A stretch of DNA of 62,952 nucleotides, filler included, from Klebsormidium nitens (Eukaryota; Plantae; Klebsormidiophyceae): assembly GCA_000708835.1 (NCBI GenBank). It is 4 parts of 4 records of this genome, joined end to end, with 100 filler letters (N's around TTAATTAATTAA, not from the genome) between each part and the next. Parts side by side here need not be neighbours in the genome. Positions count along the whole stretch, not along the records: positions 1 to 30,490 come from DF237774.1; 3 more parts are not named here. One strand, written 5' to 3'. The first letter of the stretch is position 1, and the number at the start of each line of letters is the position of its first letter. The notes below the pieces were generated by a model. The model made no database searches and was not told the DNA's origin. It saw only the letters and a program-made list of their open reading frames with translations. A program made the position numbers and the translations under genes. Below, piece by piece: positions 13,789 to 25,900 of this stretch.

Positions 13789-16052
13789 CTAGCAAAGTAA
13801 AACCAAACCTCCGACGAAGCGGTTGGGGCTGCAGTACAGGACGGAACTATGATAACACGTCAACCATCTATGGCTAACGGAAGAGGTCGTTTGCACGTTT
13901 CGAGACACACACTTTTCCGCAATTGCGCCCGGTGCCAAGGACCTCACCTGGACCTCCCAGGCCACGCTGTGAAGCGGACTCCCTGCCGGAACATCGCTGA
14001 CGTCAGCAACCGCAGCCCGGGAGAGCTGCATCTCTTGGCCGCCGGCAGCCACGGGCTGGGGGTTGCGAGCGCCGCTGACGTCAGCAACCCGAAGCGGGAC
14101 GTAAACGCCACGGCGAAGACCACAACCGGCGTCCCACTCGGGCAAGAACCACGATCCCGTGTCGCCGTTCTCGAAAGAACTGGAGCCGCCACCCTTGCCG
14201 CCGTCTCTGTCTCCGTCACCAGATCCGCCGTCCCGGCCGCGACGATCCGCTGCGCCGTTTCCGGCTCCCCCGGGGGGAGGTTTGCGATCGTCATCATCTT
14301 CCCCTCCGTCGCTGTCCATATCATCTCGATCCTCGTCCTCGTCCTCTTCTTCTTCCTCTTCCTTCCTCTCTTCGTCGCTCTGTCCGCCCCCCTCCGCCTC
14401 TCCTTGTCCACGTTCGACAACCACTGTTTCCTGCTCACTCTCATCTCCCCCCCCTCCCCCACCAGCCTCGTCCTCATTCGCCCCTGCTTCGTTCTCCGGG
14501 CAGAGAATCCACTTATCAACCACGTCCATCTCGTCCGAAGCTTCTTGTGTATCCGAACCACCAGTACTCTCTGGCTCAAAATCGTCAAGACCAAGCTCAG
14601 GTCCGTCCCTTGCAGCCTCCAACTCCATGTCCCAGGGAAGCCTTTCTGACCCGCTGCCCGGAGGCCCCTTGAATTCACTGGCCGGAGGTGCCCCCAATCC
14701 GCTGCCCGGAAGCCCCTCGAACCTGCTGCCAGGATGCCCCTCCTCCAATCCGCTGCCCGGAAGCCCCTTCCATACGCTGCCCGGGAGCCCCTTCAACCCG
14801 CTGCCCGGAAGCCCCTCCTCANNNNNNNNNNNNNNNNNNNNNNNNNNNNNNNNNNNNNNNNNNNNNNNNNNNNNNNNNNNNNNNNNNNNNNNNNNNNNNN
14901 NNNNNNNNNNNNNNNNNNNNNNNNNNNNNNNNNNNNNNNNNNNNNNNNNNNNNNNNNNNNNNNNNNNNNNNNNNNNNNNNNNNNNNNNNNNNNNNNNNNN
15001 NNNNNNNNNNNNNNNNNNNNNNNNNNNNNNNNNNNNNNNNNNNNNNNNNNNNNNNNNNNNNNNNNNNNNNNNNNNNNNNNNNNNNNNNNNNNNNNNNNNN
15101 NNNNNNNNNNNNNNNNNNNNNNNNNNNNNNNNNNNNNNNNNNNNNNNNNNNNNNNNNNNNNNNNNNNNNNNNNNNNNNNNNNNNNNNNNNNNNNNNNNNN
15201 NNNNNNNNNNNNNNNNNNNNNNNNNNNNNNNNNNNNNNNNNNNNNNNNNNNNNNNNNNNNNNNNNNNNNNNNNNNNNNNNNNNNNNNNNNNNNNNNNNNN
15301 NNNNNNNNNNNNNNNNNNNNNNNNNNGTCGGAGGTGTCCCCAATCCGCTGCCCGGATGCCCCTTCCATACGCTGCCTGGAGGCCCCTCCTCAACTCCGCT
15401 GCCCGAGAGCCCCTCCAATCCGCTGCTCAGAGGCCCCGCGAACCTGCTGCCCAAAAGCCTCTCAAATCCGCTGGCCGTAGGTGCCCCCAATCCTTCGACC
15501 GGAAGCCCCGCCAATCCGGCACCCCCAGATCCACCGCTCGGAAGGCCCATTGATCTAGTAAGCTCAAACGTTGCGCTGGCGAGCCCCTCCTGCCGCGGGC
15601 GCTTAAGACCACCTTCTGCCCTGGGCCTTTCGAACCCAAGCCCCTCGCTCCCACCGTCGTCTGATGATTTTGCGGAAAATTGCCCCTCTGAGCTCCCAGA
15701 GGGGCTCCCCCCGGGTTCGGGTTGCACCCCTTGTTCGCCTTCCAGAGCGGCAAAGTATGACATCATGGCGCAGGGGAGGCGTAGGCTCAACTCCTCTTGG
15801 AAGTAACGAGTAATGCCCTCTTTGAGGGCCTCCAGCCCGTCGGGGTCGGGGTCATTGCGGTGGCGTTGCAACACCGCGTCGATCACAGCGAGACACTCGC
15901 ACTTGGTGAGCTTTTGCATGCGGCCCCGGTACTTGGCTTCTCGGTAGTCCCATCTCTCTTTCCAGTAGGCGTCTGTCTTGTCCCGGTAGTCCTCCGGGGC
16001 CAGCTTTTGGTGTTCCTCTGGTAGGTCGAACTCAGGGAACCAGTCAAGGACC
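13789..16052 (-). CDS. Low-complexity protein with (L/F/W)-E/K-G-L-P-G-S-G 8-9 aa repeats and an acidic tail; spans a ~500-N gap
   Basis: ORFs 14819-15919 and 13789-15393 carry EEGLPGSG/LKGLPGSV/WKGLPGSG/FEGLPGSG units on both sides of the gap; upstream acceptor-like tttacag at ~16053 and an apparent frameshift in gagagaga near 15960. Confidence 0.45.
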
Positions 16053-16249
16053 TGTAAATTAGATCAGAAGCTGTTGGAAGGTCTGCAAGTCGTCAATTTC
16101 TTGTTTTTGATGTTAGTGGGTGAGCTCATTTGCCTGTTTGCAGTCCTGGCAAGTGCACAAAATGCCAAATAGCTCAATGCCAATGCAGAATCTTCACCAC
16201 GCGTCCGCTTATTGACCCCTCCACCAGGCTTCTGAAAAGCCAAGTGTTA

Positions 16250-18530
16250 TTGAAAGAACACGCTCAGATGTGAGCTACCCTTTCTGAGAAAGATACTGAT
16301 CGCCACAGGTCCTCGTTAAGATTGTGCTCGCTGCTTCTCTTGGGATAATGGACAAAATCGCATTGAAGACTGCGACCTGGTCGCCACACACTTCATATAT
16401 CCAGACAGCATGTTGGACCTTCAGACGAGATTTGTGCATGCAAAGTTGTCTTCCATGGGTAGGTTAGGCAGAGTAGAGGCTCCTGGGCTGAATCAGAGCG
16501 GGAAAATTCTAGTCTCGCATATGCAAGTCTATGACCTGCTAGTAAAAATGGGAACTCAACAGAAGGTCGACAAGATGACCAAGCCCGTGATCAAACTCAA
16601 GAAGGCTTTTCTCCTCTTCTACATCTATGTTGACGAGTTCTCTCATACGAGTAGGCGCACACCGCTGCGGTTGTACACGGCCCAAATATCAGTACATGGA
16701 CACCAATAAGTGATCTAGCTTTTAAAGGTTCACATTTGAGTTTCAAGCTTTGTCAAATTGCAGACAACGAACCTCCGTGTGTCAAAAGCTTGACCACTGC
16801 AGGAATCATTTGCTCCCTCTTCCCTCAAAAGAAGCTTCGGACCCCTGGGATGAAGGTAGGCCTCAAGGTTGCAAAGTTCTCAACAAGTCTGCTCTCCTCA
16901 AGTTAGGTTTTGACGCAATGTCAACAACTTAGCAACCATAGCAAACAATAAATGGAGTCAACCATAACCAGTAAAGGGAGTTTTTGGTGAAATTACAGTC
17001 CCGACCTGGACTCCTGGTTAGCCTGCTAAACATTGAGGAGAGAAGCCAGAGAACTCTGTGGCTTACTTCTTGAGCGCTTTTTCTGGGCCCTTTTCCCTTT
17101 TCGATCTTTACCATCTTTGCAACCATCTTCTGAAGATCATTCTGGTGGACGTCTCCTAGTACTTTGCTGGAGGGGATGAGTTCGTGACTTAGTCTGTCGA
17201 TGACAGGTGCTTCACTGCAAAGTATCCAAACAACTTGCCTTGAGAGGACTGCACTGCTTTGAGATTTCATCATGCTGGTTTCTCCCTTGTGGTCATAGTT
17301 AGCTTGTGAATTAACAAACACAGTGCCAAATAAGTAAGGCTTTTGAGGCCCGCTTCTTGTTGTGCATCCAGTGCCCTGCGTACAGCTGCGATTGAGGGTG
17401 TTCTGGGCAGGAGCTGCTTGAAAGGTGTTCAAAACGTAAAACAGAGTTAGTGCCCGGCAATCAGCCTGTCCTTGAAAAGCCAGCACGTAGCCAGCACATA
17501 CACAGATGTATTTCTGACATCTATCGATAGTGTCCAATGTAGTAAAGCTGGCTGAAACAACAAACCTGTCAAGGACTAGAGACTCATTCTTCCACTGGAC
17601 TCTTGTTTAGGCAAATTTTACTGCCTGAATGCAGAATCTACTTCTGTGACTGTCAAAAGACATGTCAAGATAAATACCTTGGATTTTCACAACTGTCTTT
17701 AGCAATTGACAAAGCATTTCTATGAATAGATGGCCAGTCATCACTTCATTGCCAGAAGCCCCACTGGGAGCTGCCTCAAGACTTTGTTCCAAAAGGTATG
17801 CCATCTTTTCACCTTCTCAATGTACGGCATTCATGGCACTGATGTGATTAGAATAGTTGACCGTCACTGACGTCTTTTTTACGACTATGGCCGTGACTGG
17901 CTTCCTGCAGGATTTCTAAAGACAGGGGGCCATGTAAAATCTCATCCAGTAGCATTCACTTACTTGTCCTGCATGGCCTTCTCAATCACTGGGCCAAGTA
18001 CCGGCATGACGTTCGTCAATCCTGGTGAACTCGTCCATTCCCCGTCCAGAAAAATCATGAACTTAGAACTACTTTTATCAGACCCTGAACTCTTTGATCT
18101 AGTTAGTATCATGTCCTGCAAGCTGCGCTCTTTCTTTTTGGAAACCATAAGCAAGGGCTGTGGCTCCTGCAGCGCGCTCGCCATTGTTTCAGTAAGGGAC
18201 TTGCCAAGCAGACAATCCTCGTCTAAGTTTCCATCTGGCCCGCTACGCTGCAAGCATCCTCGTGACAAGTCGTTGACATTGACGCGTACGCTGAAGAAAT
18301 ACTTCCACAAAAGGAGAGCTGGAGACCAAGCATGTTGAGTAGCTCTTTGTAACTTATCACACGCTCCTCACAAAATCTGCTTTTGAATGCTGCTGGGAAC
18401 GCCAGCTAGAGCGGGACCCCACTTGCATCCATCAGCATGGATGTATGCTTTCAACCCTTGCAAGCTTTTGTTGGAATATGTGAGGGTTCAAGAAAGGTCG
18501 GGCAAGAATGATCTCCTTCTGCCATGATCT
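16250..18530 (-). pseudogene. Eroded gene of unknown identity (possibly transposon-associated)
   Basis: Long coding-like frames (for example RSWQKEIILARPFLNPHIFQQKLARVESIHPC*WMQVG...QIL*GACDKL...WKYFFSVRVNV) interrupted by isolated TGA/TAG stops; ORF pieces 17960-18310, 17607-17804, 16929-17537. Confidence 0.4.
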
Positions 18531-19969
18531 GATTGACATCAAGCGCTAAGTTACCAAATGACAGTAATGTATCATTGTATGCTTTTGCTTGCATTGTTGC
18601 AGCTTGCTGGGGACGTTTTCAGCGTTTTGATTCCAGGGATCCACCTTTTACTTCGGTGGATCCCCCAAAGTTAACCCACCAGGTTTTTGTTTAACTCGGC
18701 GGATTTTATTAGCACCCGGCGGGAGCACCGAGAGATGAAACTCGGATCGAGGTGGCACCAAAACAGATAAAAGAGACCGGTAGAAGGATCCACCGGGTGC
18801 ATGCTACAGCAAACACTGGCGGAAAATTTGGAATAAGTTAATAACGCGGGTCCGCGGGGGGCCGCCCGCGGCGATCGCCGCACCATGATGCGACGGGCGC
18901 AGACTTTGACTTTCACGCCCCAGGGTTTGGTAACAGGGTTTGTGAGCTGCTGGGTTAATGCGAATGCATCTACGATTTCAATACGCTGGTCAGAGCAAAT
19001 CAAGCGTACCTGGCCTGGGCTGACAAACCCATTTAAATTTTAAACCTTCTGGGATCCTGCTCGGGTTACCCTAGTTTTAAAAAAATGGGTTACAAGGTAA
19101 CGCCAAATATTCAAAATTTCAAAGATTGCAGATGATGCACACCGGTATGGCGGGACCCTGCATGAGGCTTCTTGCCACTGCAACTTGCAAGCTGTGCCTT
19201 TGAGGGACTTCAGTTTGAGGGAGAAGGAAGTAGGTACATGTCAGATAGCGTAGGAAATGCAGAGGCTGTGGCAACAATGCCAATGGTTGTGCAACGCCCA
19301 TCCCATGCAACGCCATACGAGCTTGCTTCTGATGGGACTAAATTGCCGAGAAGGGAGGAAGAAGTGATGATACAAGAAGGATGCTCGCTGGAAATGATAA
19401 AGCTGTCTTCGTAACAGGTATCAAGGTGAGCTTAGGGATCGATTGTTATGTTCTAGGTAGTTTGTGCTTCCTGCTTTGACATGACAAGAAGCCACAATCG
19501 CTCAAGGGCATGGGTAGCAACAATCCTGCAAGGAGCCGGCAAATCCTCAGTTCTCTAAAAACTGTCAATCAGGAGAATGTTTTATGTCAGTCAAATGAGA
19601 GATGCCTTGGAAAAGGAGGTCTGAGAATACTGTGATAGCTCCATCAGGCTGATTACCATCTATTGAGTAGTCTGCAAGTTGCTTAGCCCTGGAGCTACAC
19701 TAGAAAAGTCTTATGTACCAGGCAATAAATTGTAGTGCAAGTAGTTACTTCGGTTGCTTCTTACTTGGTCTCGCTCAGCATCAATAAAGGTTCTCTGATG
19801 GCTGTAGATTGCATCCAGTAGGAGGTTCCACTCAAGATCTTACTGTCTCTACCCCACCGTCCTTGAGGTACTTGGCACTCTGCCTAGACCATATTCAGAA
19901 CAACTGCAATGAACGTTTGTCTCATGACGAACATAGGCAGTCACTGAAAAGCTGATGTTTGTTTGCAGC

Positions 19970-22900
19970 TTACAGTACCTCAACCCCTGCAATGGCTCAA
20001 ATGAACGAGCTCGAGGGCAGTGTCAGTCGTGCCAGCCTTCCCCTGCCCTTTCATACATCCCTCAGTAGCTTTGCGTCAGACGTCTCTGCTCAGCTGGTGG
20101 AGCTGGAGATCAGATGTGATGCGCAACCTGTCCCCGCAAACAAAGCTGGGGCGAAGCAGAGACTGCTTAGCGGCATTTTGGTGAGACATGCGGGAGAGAG
20201 TCTTATGGAGGGAGGTTGGAGGTCAGGAGCGGAGGTTGTGAAGGGGTCAGTGGGGCGTTCAAGTGGAAACGCAAGCGTAGACTGGGGTATTGAAGGGGAT
20301 GCGTGTAAAGTCAGCATGAACTGTGGGCTGCAGATTGGCGGTGGACAAGGAACTCTCGGAGAGGTTCAGAGTGAGATCGAGAGAACCAAGGCGGCGCTGA
20401 CGGAGTTCTTGGAGGAGTTGGGCTTGAAAGAGTGGAGCGCTACTGAAAAGAGGGAAAGTTCCGCCGGTGGGGTGGGACCAGGGGGTTTGAGCAGGGGTGC
20501 GAAGGTGGTTAAAGACCTAACTGCCTGTGTCGAGGAACATGGGAAGCTCAGGGCTCAGCTGCAGCAGCTTCATGCAGAGAGGGGCGCAGATGAGACGGAA
20601 GAATCGGCGACAGAAAGTTGTTCCAAGAGCGGCGATGAGGAGCAAGCGGGGTCCGACCTTTCTTTCTCGAACCTGGTGAGACGGCCAGGGTCGGCGAAGG
20701 GTGGGGCGGCAGGTTTGCAGAGGGTGCCGGGAGAGGTTAATTGTGTGAGGTTTGAAGCGGGACCGGTTAGGCAGAGTGGGGGCTCGCTGGAGGGCGACTC
20801 GGTTGGGTTAGGCATTAACCCGGGGTCTGTGGACTGTTCCTTGAGCGAGGACACAGATGTTGTGGTTATGTCTGACAGCGAAGGTGAGGCGGCGTTGGAA
20901 GAGGGGTATGTCGAAGGGGAGGAAAAGAGTGCAGGAACTTCAGGGGCCAACGACGAGAGGACTGCCGCGGGTGACGAATGGAGCGCAAGCGGGGTGTTGC
21001 GAAAAGCTGGGGGAGACGCGGATGAAAGAGGAGTGATTGGAGGCATGGGAAGATCAGGCCGAAGGGCTCAAGCAGAAGGAAGCGGCGGTGAGATGAGGGG
21101 TCCAGAGAAAGTGTCGATTGGTGAGCGGGAGCGGACGATTCTGGCGCGCTTGCAGGAGTCCGAGAAACGCCTTCAGCAGCTGCAGAGAGAGGCCCTTGCT
21201 GACGTGGCAACTTCTCATTGGTCCACTGGGGAAACTACAGGGGCAGGAGGAAAGGATGGGGGGCCTGACGTGGCAGAGATTGATTGGCCGGAGGAGACTC
21301 GGGCAGCGGCAAGTCAGTTCCTGCAAGCGATGACCGCTCATCTGGCTGGTCTATTCGAAGAATACCACAGTCTCCTGGCTGCCACGTGGCATCATGGGAG
21401 GCCGTCAGATGGGGGCCAGGTGGCACCGGCGGAGGGCGCCCAAGTGGATTCAGAAGCTGAGCTGAAGCCAAGCTGGGACCTGCTCTTCTCCATGGAAAAG
21501 CTCCAGATGCAAGCGGGCGGGGGGGCGCTTTTGGCAGGGCCTCAGACTCCCCCGGCAGGGAGGGTCTCTGGCTTCGAGCTGCAGTCGGCATCAACAACTC
21601 CCGGCTCGGAACCCCGAGGTTTCTCTGACCAAGCCCCTAACCCGAATGCGGGAGCGGTCAGCTACCGGTACGCTGACGTCATGCTGGGGACATCGCCTGA
21701 AAGCGTGGCGTGTGACGGCGAGCCGCTGAGGTCAGCGCTGAGGTCACCAACGGGGAAGAACGTGCACTCTGCCGCTGCTGCTTTCGCGTCCTGGGCAGCA
21801 GCCGGGCCCCACTTTTCGGACGCCGGAACCCAGTCCGAACTGCGCGAGCTTGCGGACGCTTCCGTTCAGTGCGACCTGGCTCTTCCGCTAACCCGCCAAC
21901 TAACCAACTCTCAAACCGGCCTTGAACCTAGCCCGCTCCCGGCTAGCCCACGAGCGTCTTCGGAGAAAGCCCCCTCTGCTAGTCTGCGCTACCCTCCCAC
22001 TCAGCAGCCCCTTCAGAACTCAGAGCGCCGGACAGGCTCCAGGCGTCCAGCTCTGGCACCCGTTTCGAGCAACACTATGGGCGTTGATTCCCCGAGAAAC
22101 TCCCCGAAAGTGGGGCGCAAGAGAGCGTCCGGAGTCCGCAACTTGGACGCCTGTGGGGTTTCGGACGCCCGTAGATGGGGCGCTCAGAAGGGAGAAGGGT
22201 CGGTGGATGGGGACGTTCTAAGGCGGCGGTGCCGCACACTGGAGTGCCAGGTGGCGGCGCTGACAGGTAGGTGACGTCAGCCCTCACTGCTGCTTCCCTT
22301 GGAGTCTAGCCCGTGTCCAGAATGTCCGATGATGATCATTTTCTTTCCTTTGGATTGTGGACTCGTCTGGGAGTCTGCAGAGAGCTATAGCGTGCAAACC
22401 GAAAGTGATTGTATCTGGTCGGTTGTTTTTGCCGAGTGCACTGAACAGTAGGATGACACGCATGGTAGCTCTGAAGACTCTAGACAGAGGAGTGTGTTTC
22501 AATCCTCGTGTATGACGGGGTAGTGGATTGAAAGGGACTTGCGAATGATTCTTCTCAAGACGTTTACCCAAGTAAACGGCACCATATTTGTTCTAGAAGT
22601 GTTCAAACGGCTGACCTTTCTGGGCGAAACAGCTTTGGCAGTTTCGCTGACGGAGCCTTGAGAGTTGGCTGTTACCCTCTTAACACTGATTGTTTGGACG
22701 GTTCTGGTCTTACCTTGCATGCTTTGAGTCTGTCCGTTCTGCTTGAACCGGAGCTAGAAAAGGGAAGAATAAGTTAGAAGTCAAAAACCCTTGCAGAATA
22801 CGGACGGTTTCGGTGGGGGCATCATGCAGGAGTGAAGTGTCTGATCCGCTTCTCGACTGGTGCGTGCAGGTCTGCTCGAGGCCGAGAAGGCCGAGAGGGA

Positions 22901-25900
22901 GCGACTCGAGCGCTGGCAGGACGATATGGAGAAGCGGGTCTTGAGCGCCCCCGCCGCCCCAGCCCCCTCCCCAGTTCCAAACCCCGAACCCGGGGTGCCT
23001 TGCTCCGAGAGCGGAATCTCTTTGTCGCCTGCTGGAAGCGATGAGGTGCTTGAAGCGGAACTGCCCCGTAATCGCCAGACGGGCGCAGAAACTAGAGACG
23101 TAAGCGCTGGGATGGACATGCCTTCTCGGGAAGGTGACGCCATGGCTTCGGAGTGTGTTGTCAGAGGAGGGGAAGGGGCGTATCTGGGCGACGCCATCAA
23201 AACCCGGGGAGAGGGGATTGGTGAGGAATATTCCGAGCGGGAAGCTGGGGGGCTGGTCGGCGGAAAGGGCCCGGGAACGAGCGAGCCGCGCTGTTCTGAG
23301 GTGGACGGAGAAGATAGGGCAGGAGTTGAACCGGGCAGTTTGGAAGCAGAGGGACGGCGCCTGGCAGAAGATGAACCGCGGAATCTGGAGGACGGACAGC
23401 GCTCGGTAGAAGGTGAACCGGGCAGTTCAAAACTGGTGGCAGGGCGCCCGGTAGAACCTGGACCGGGCACTGGGAAGGCGCACAGACAGCGGCCGGGAGA
23501 AAGTGCAACGGGCGATGCTGAGGGACGGGGGCTGGGGGAGCTTCTGGGCGTCGTTGAAAAGCAGAATGAGGAACTGAGCAGGTTACGGGAGGAGCTGGAA
23601 AGAATGCAAAGTGAAGTGCAGACGAGAGAGGAGGTAGCAAGGGAAGCGCCGAAAGTGCGAGGAGGAGTGCGGTTGCAAGAGAAGCGGAAGGGAAACGGAA
23701 CAGAACAGGAAACGGAACAGGGAACGGAAGCGGAGCAGCACCCAGTGCGAGAAGTGGGGGCGACAAGGGGAGCGGGAGGGAGGGGGAGAGCGCCGGAAAC
23801 GGAGCGAACCGAAGGAGAGCAAACGCTGATGAGGAAAAGTTGTGGCGCAGACGAAGAGGGCGAACAGGAGGAGGTCGGGGCGAGGGACGGAGCAGCAACG
23901 AAAGGAGAGCGGACGAGCGGAACAGAGGAGAGGCAGAACGGAACTTGGGGTGCAGAATTCACCGGCTCCGACAAGGACGGGGATAAGGGCGGGTCTTCTG
24001 CGAGACAATCCTCCAGAGAGGTGCGGGCGAAGGATTTGGGGCCAGAGCACGACCCGCAAGCTCTAGAGGGCCTTCTTTCGCGGCTGGAAAGCAGCAAAAG
24101 CGGGGAGTGTACGTTGAGCTTCCTCCTAACATTGGTACGCGTCTGTAGAGCTCTGCTCGCTGGCGGAGAAAAGAACGATGCCGACGGGCTGGAGCACGGT
24201 GAGGAAGTCAAGAGGGTTTCGGGGAGGGCTGGGAAACATCAGGCGTTGCTGAAAGTTCTAGAGGGGGCGCGGGAGCAGCGACGGGCGGCAGAGGCGGCTC
24301 TGAGCGGGCTCCACGTGTCAGCAGAAGCGGTCGAGGAGGCCACTGAGAGGCGAGGTCCGGCCAAAGACTCGAGCGGAACGGATCACGTGTTGCGGACCGC
24401 AAGTCGGCGGCTCGGAGAGAGCCACGTGGCGGTCGTCCGTCTTCTGACGGCGGTTATGACGGAGGTCGCTCATGACGTAGCCGCCCGGAGCAACCAATGG
24501 GTTGGCTTAAGTGCGAGTAAAAGCGGTGGCGGGGATTTGAGGGGTGCGGGAGACGTGTCAGGCGCAGTTTTGGGGCGCTCAGGCGAGGGTTTAGGCGGTC
24601 TATTGAGCGGGTTAGGCGAGGGTTACAGCTGGCTTACGGACGGTCTGGGAACGGGTCTGGACGGTGTCCTGAGATGCGTCCGAAAAAGGCAAGAAGATGC
24701 TCGGGCGGTTGGGACGGAACTTGGTCGGGAGCTCCGTTCCGAGGTTTTGAACTTTTGTGCTGTTGTGGGTACGGAGAAGGAGGTGGGAACGACGGCTTTG
24801 AACCGGTTGCGGACGGCTACGGACTGCGTGGTTGAGATTTTCTATCCTTCGGACGGATCTGGCGGGGACACGGGAATGCAGAGGAACGGGGAAGGGGCGT
24901 CAGGAAGTCGCCTGAAAGCGGGTCCGAGTCTGAGAAGGGAAACTGGGGAGGCGGCGGAGAGGCAACTAGAGATGGCGACGGACTTTGCAATGTGGGCGGA
25001 AGTGGACGAGCTGCGGGAGTTGCTGAATGAGCTACGGCAGGAAGGGGATAGCTTACAGCAGAAGAGCGAGGAGATTCGTGCGCAGACGAGCAGGGCGAAG
25101 GAAGAGGCGGAGCGGGAAGCTTTAGAGTTGCAACGGCAGGCAGAGAAGGCTGGAAAATTACGGGAGCGGGAGGCTTTGGAGCGGGGGGGTGAGAAAGAGC
25201 GAGCAGAGAAAGAGATTCAAGGCTTGAAGGGGGAGGTTTGGAAAACAGAAGCGGAGCTAAGGAGAATAAAGGGGAAGGTTTTGAAACACAGGGAGGATTT
25301 GGGTTCCGTCGAAAAAGAGTGCCGGCGGGTGGTTGAGGAGCGGAACGTAACGGCGGAAGAAACGGAACGTCTGCGCGAGCGCGCTCTGAGCCTCAAGGAA
25401 GAGGTAAAGAGCGCGCAAACAGAGGTTGAGAATGAGCGGGAGAGGGCCCGTGAATCGCGGAAGGAGGCCCTTGCAGCCGCGGAAGAGGCGGGGAAGTCTA
25501 GAGAGAAACTGCGGGCGCTAGAAGGGCTGGTCCAAAAGGCGACCCAGGCGGTTCAGCGGCTAGAAAGTGACCGGAAGGGTTTGTTGGAGCGGTTACGAGG
25601 AACGGAGAGCGCGCTTCGACGGGGCGAGGAGGAAGTTCTAAGGGTGCGGCAGAGCGTGGGGGAGGCCGAGGGGAAGCTAAGCGAGTTGGAGGACGAGGAG
25701 CGGGAGTTTTGGGGCCGTGTGGACGGAAGCAGACGGGAAGTGGAGCAACTAGAACGGCGACTTGCAGAGGTAAGCACCGCTGAAAGCAGAACTATATCCG
25801 GTGTATTCCCAAGGGGGCCGGATATTCTACTCGTTTATGTTTCACTTCTGCTTCTGGGCGTCAAAACCCTTAACCGAGCCAGACAACGTTTGTCCAGAGC

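Noticed and set aside
22781-24211. Long antisense ORF (476 aa) and similar antisense ORFs at 14159-15553, 20570-21046 and 28348-29118
   Set aside because: Shadows of GA-rich coding sequence on the opposite strand, with Ser/Pro-biased composition.
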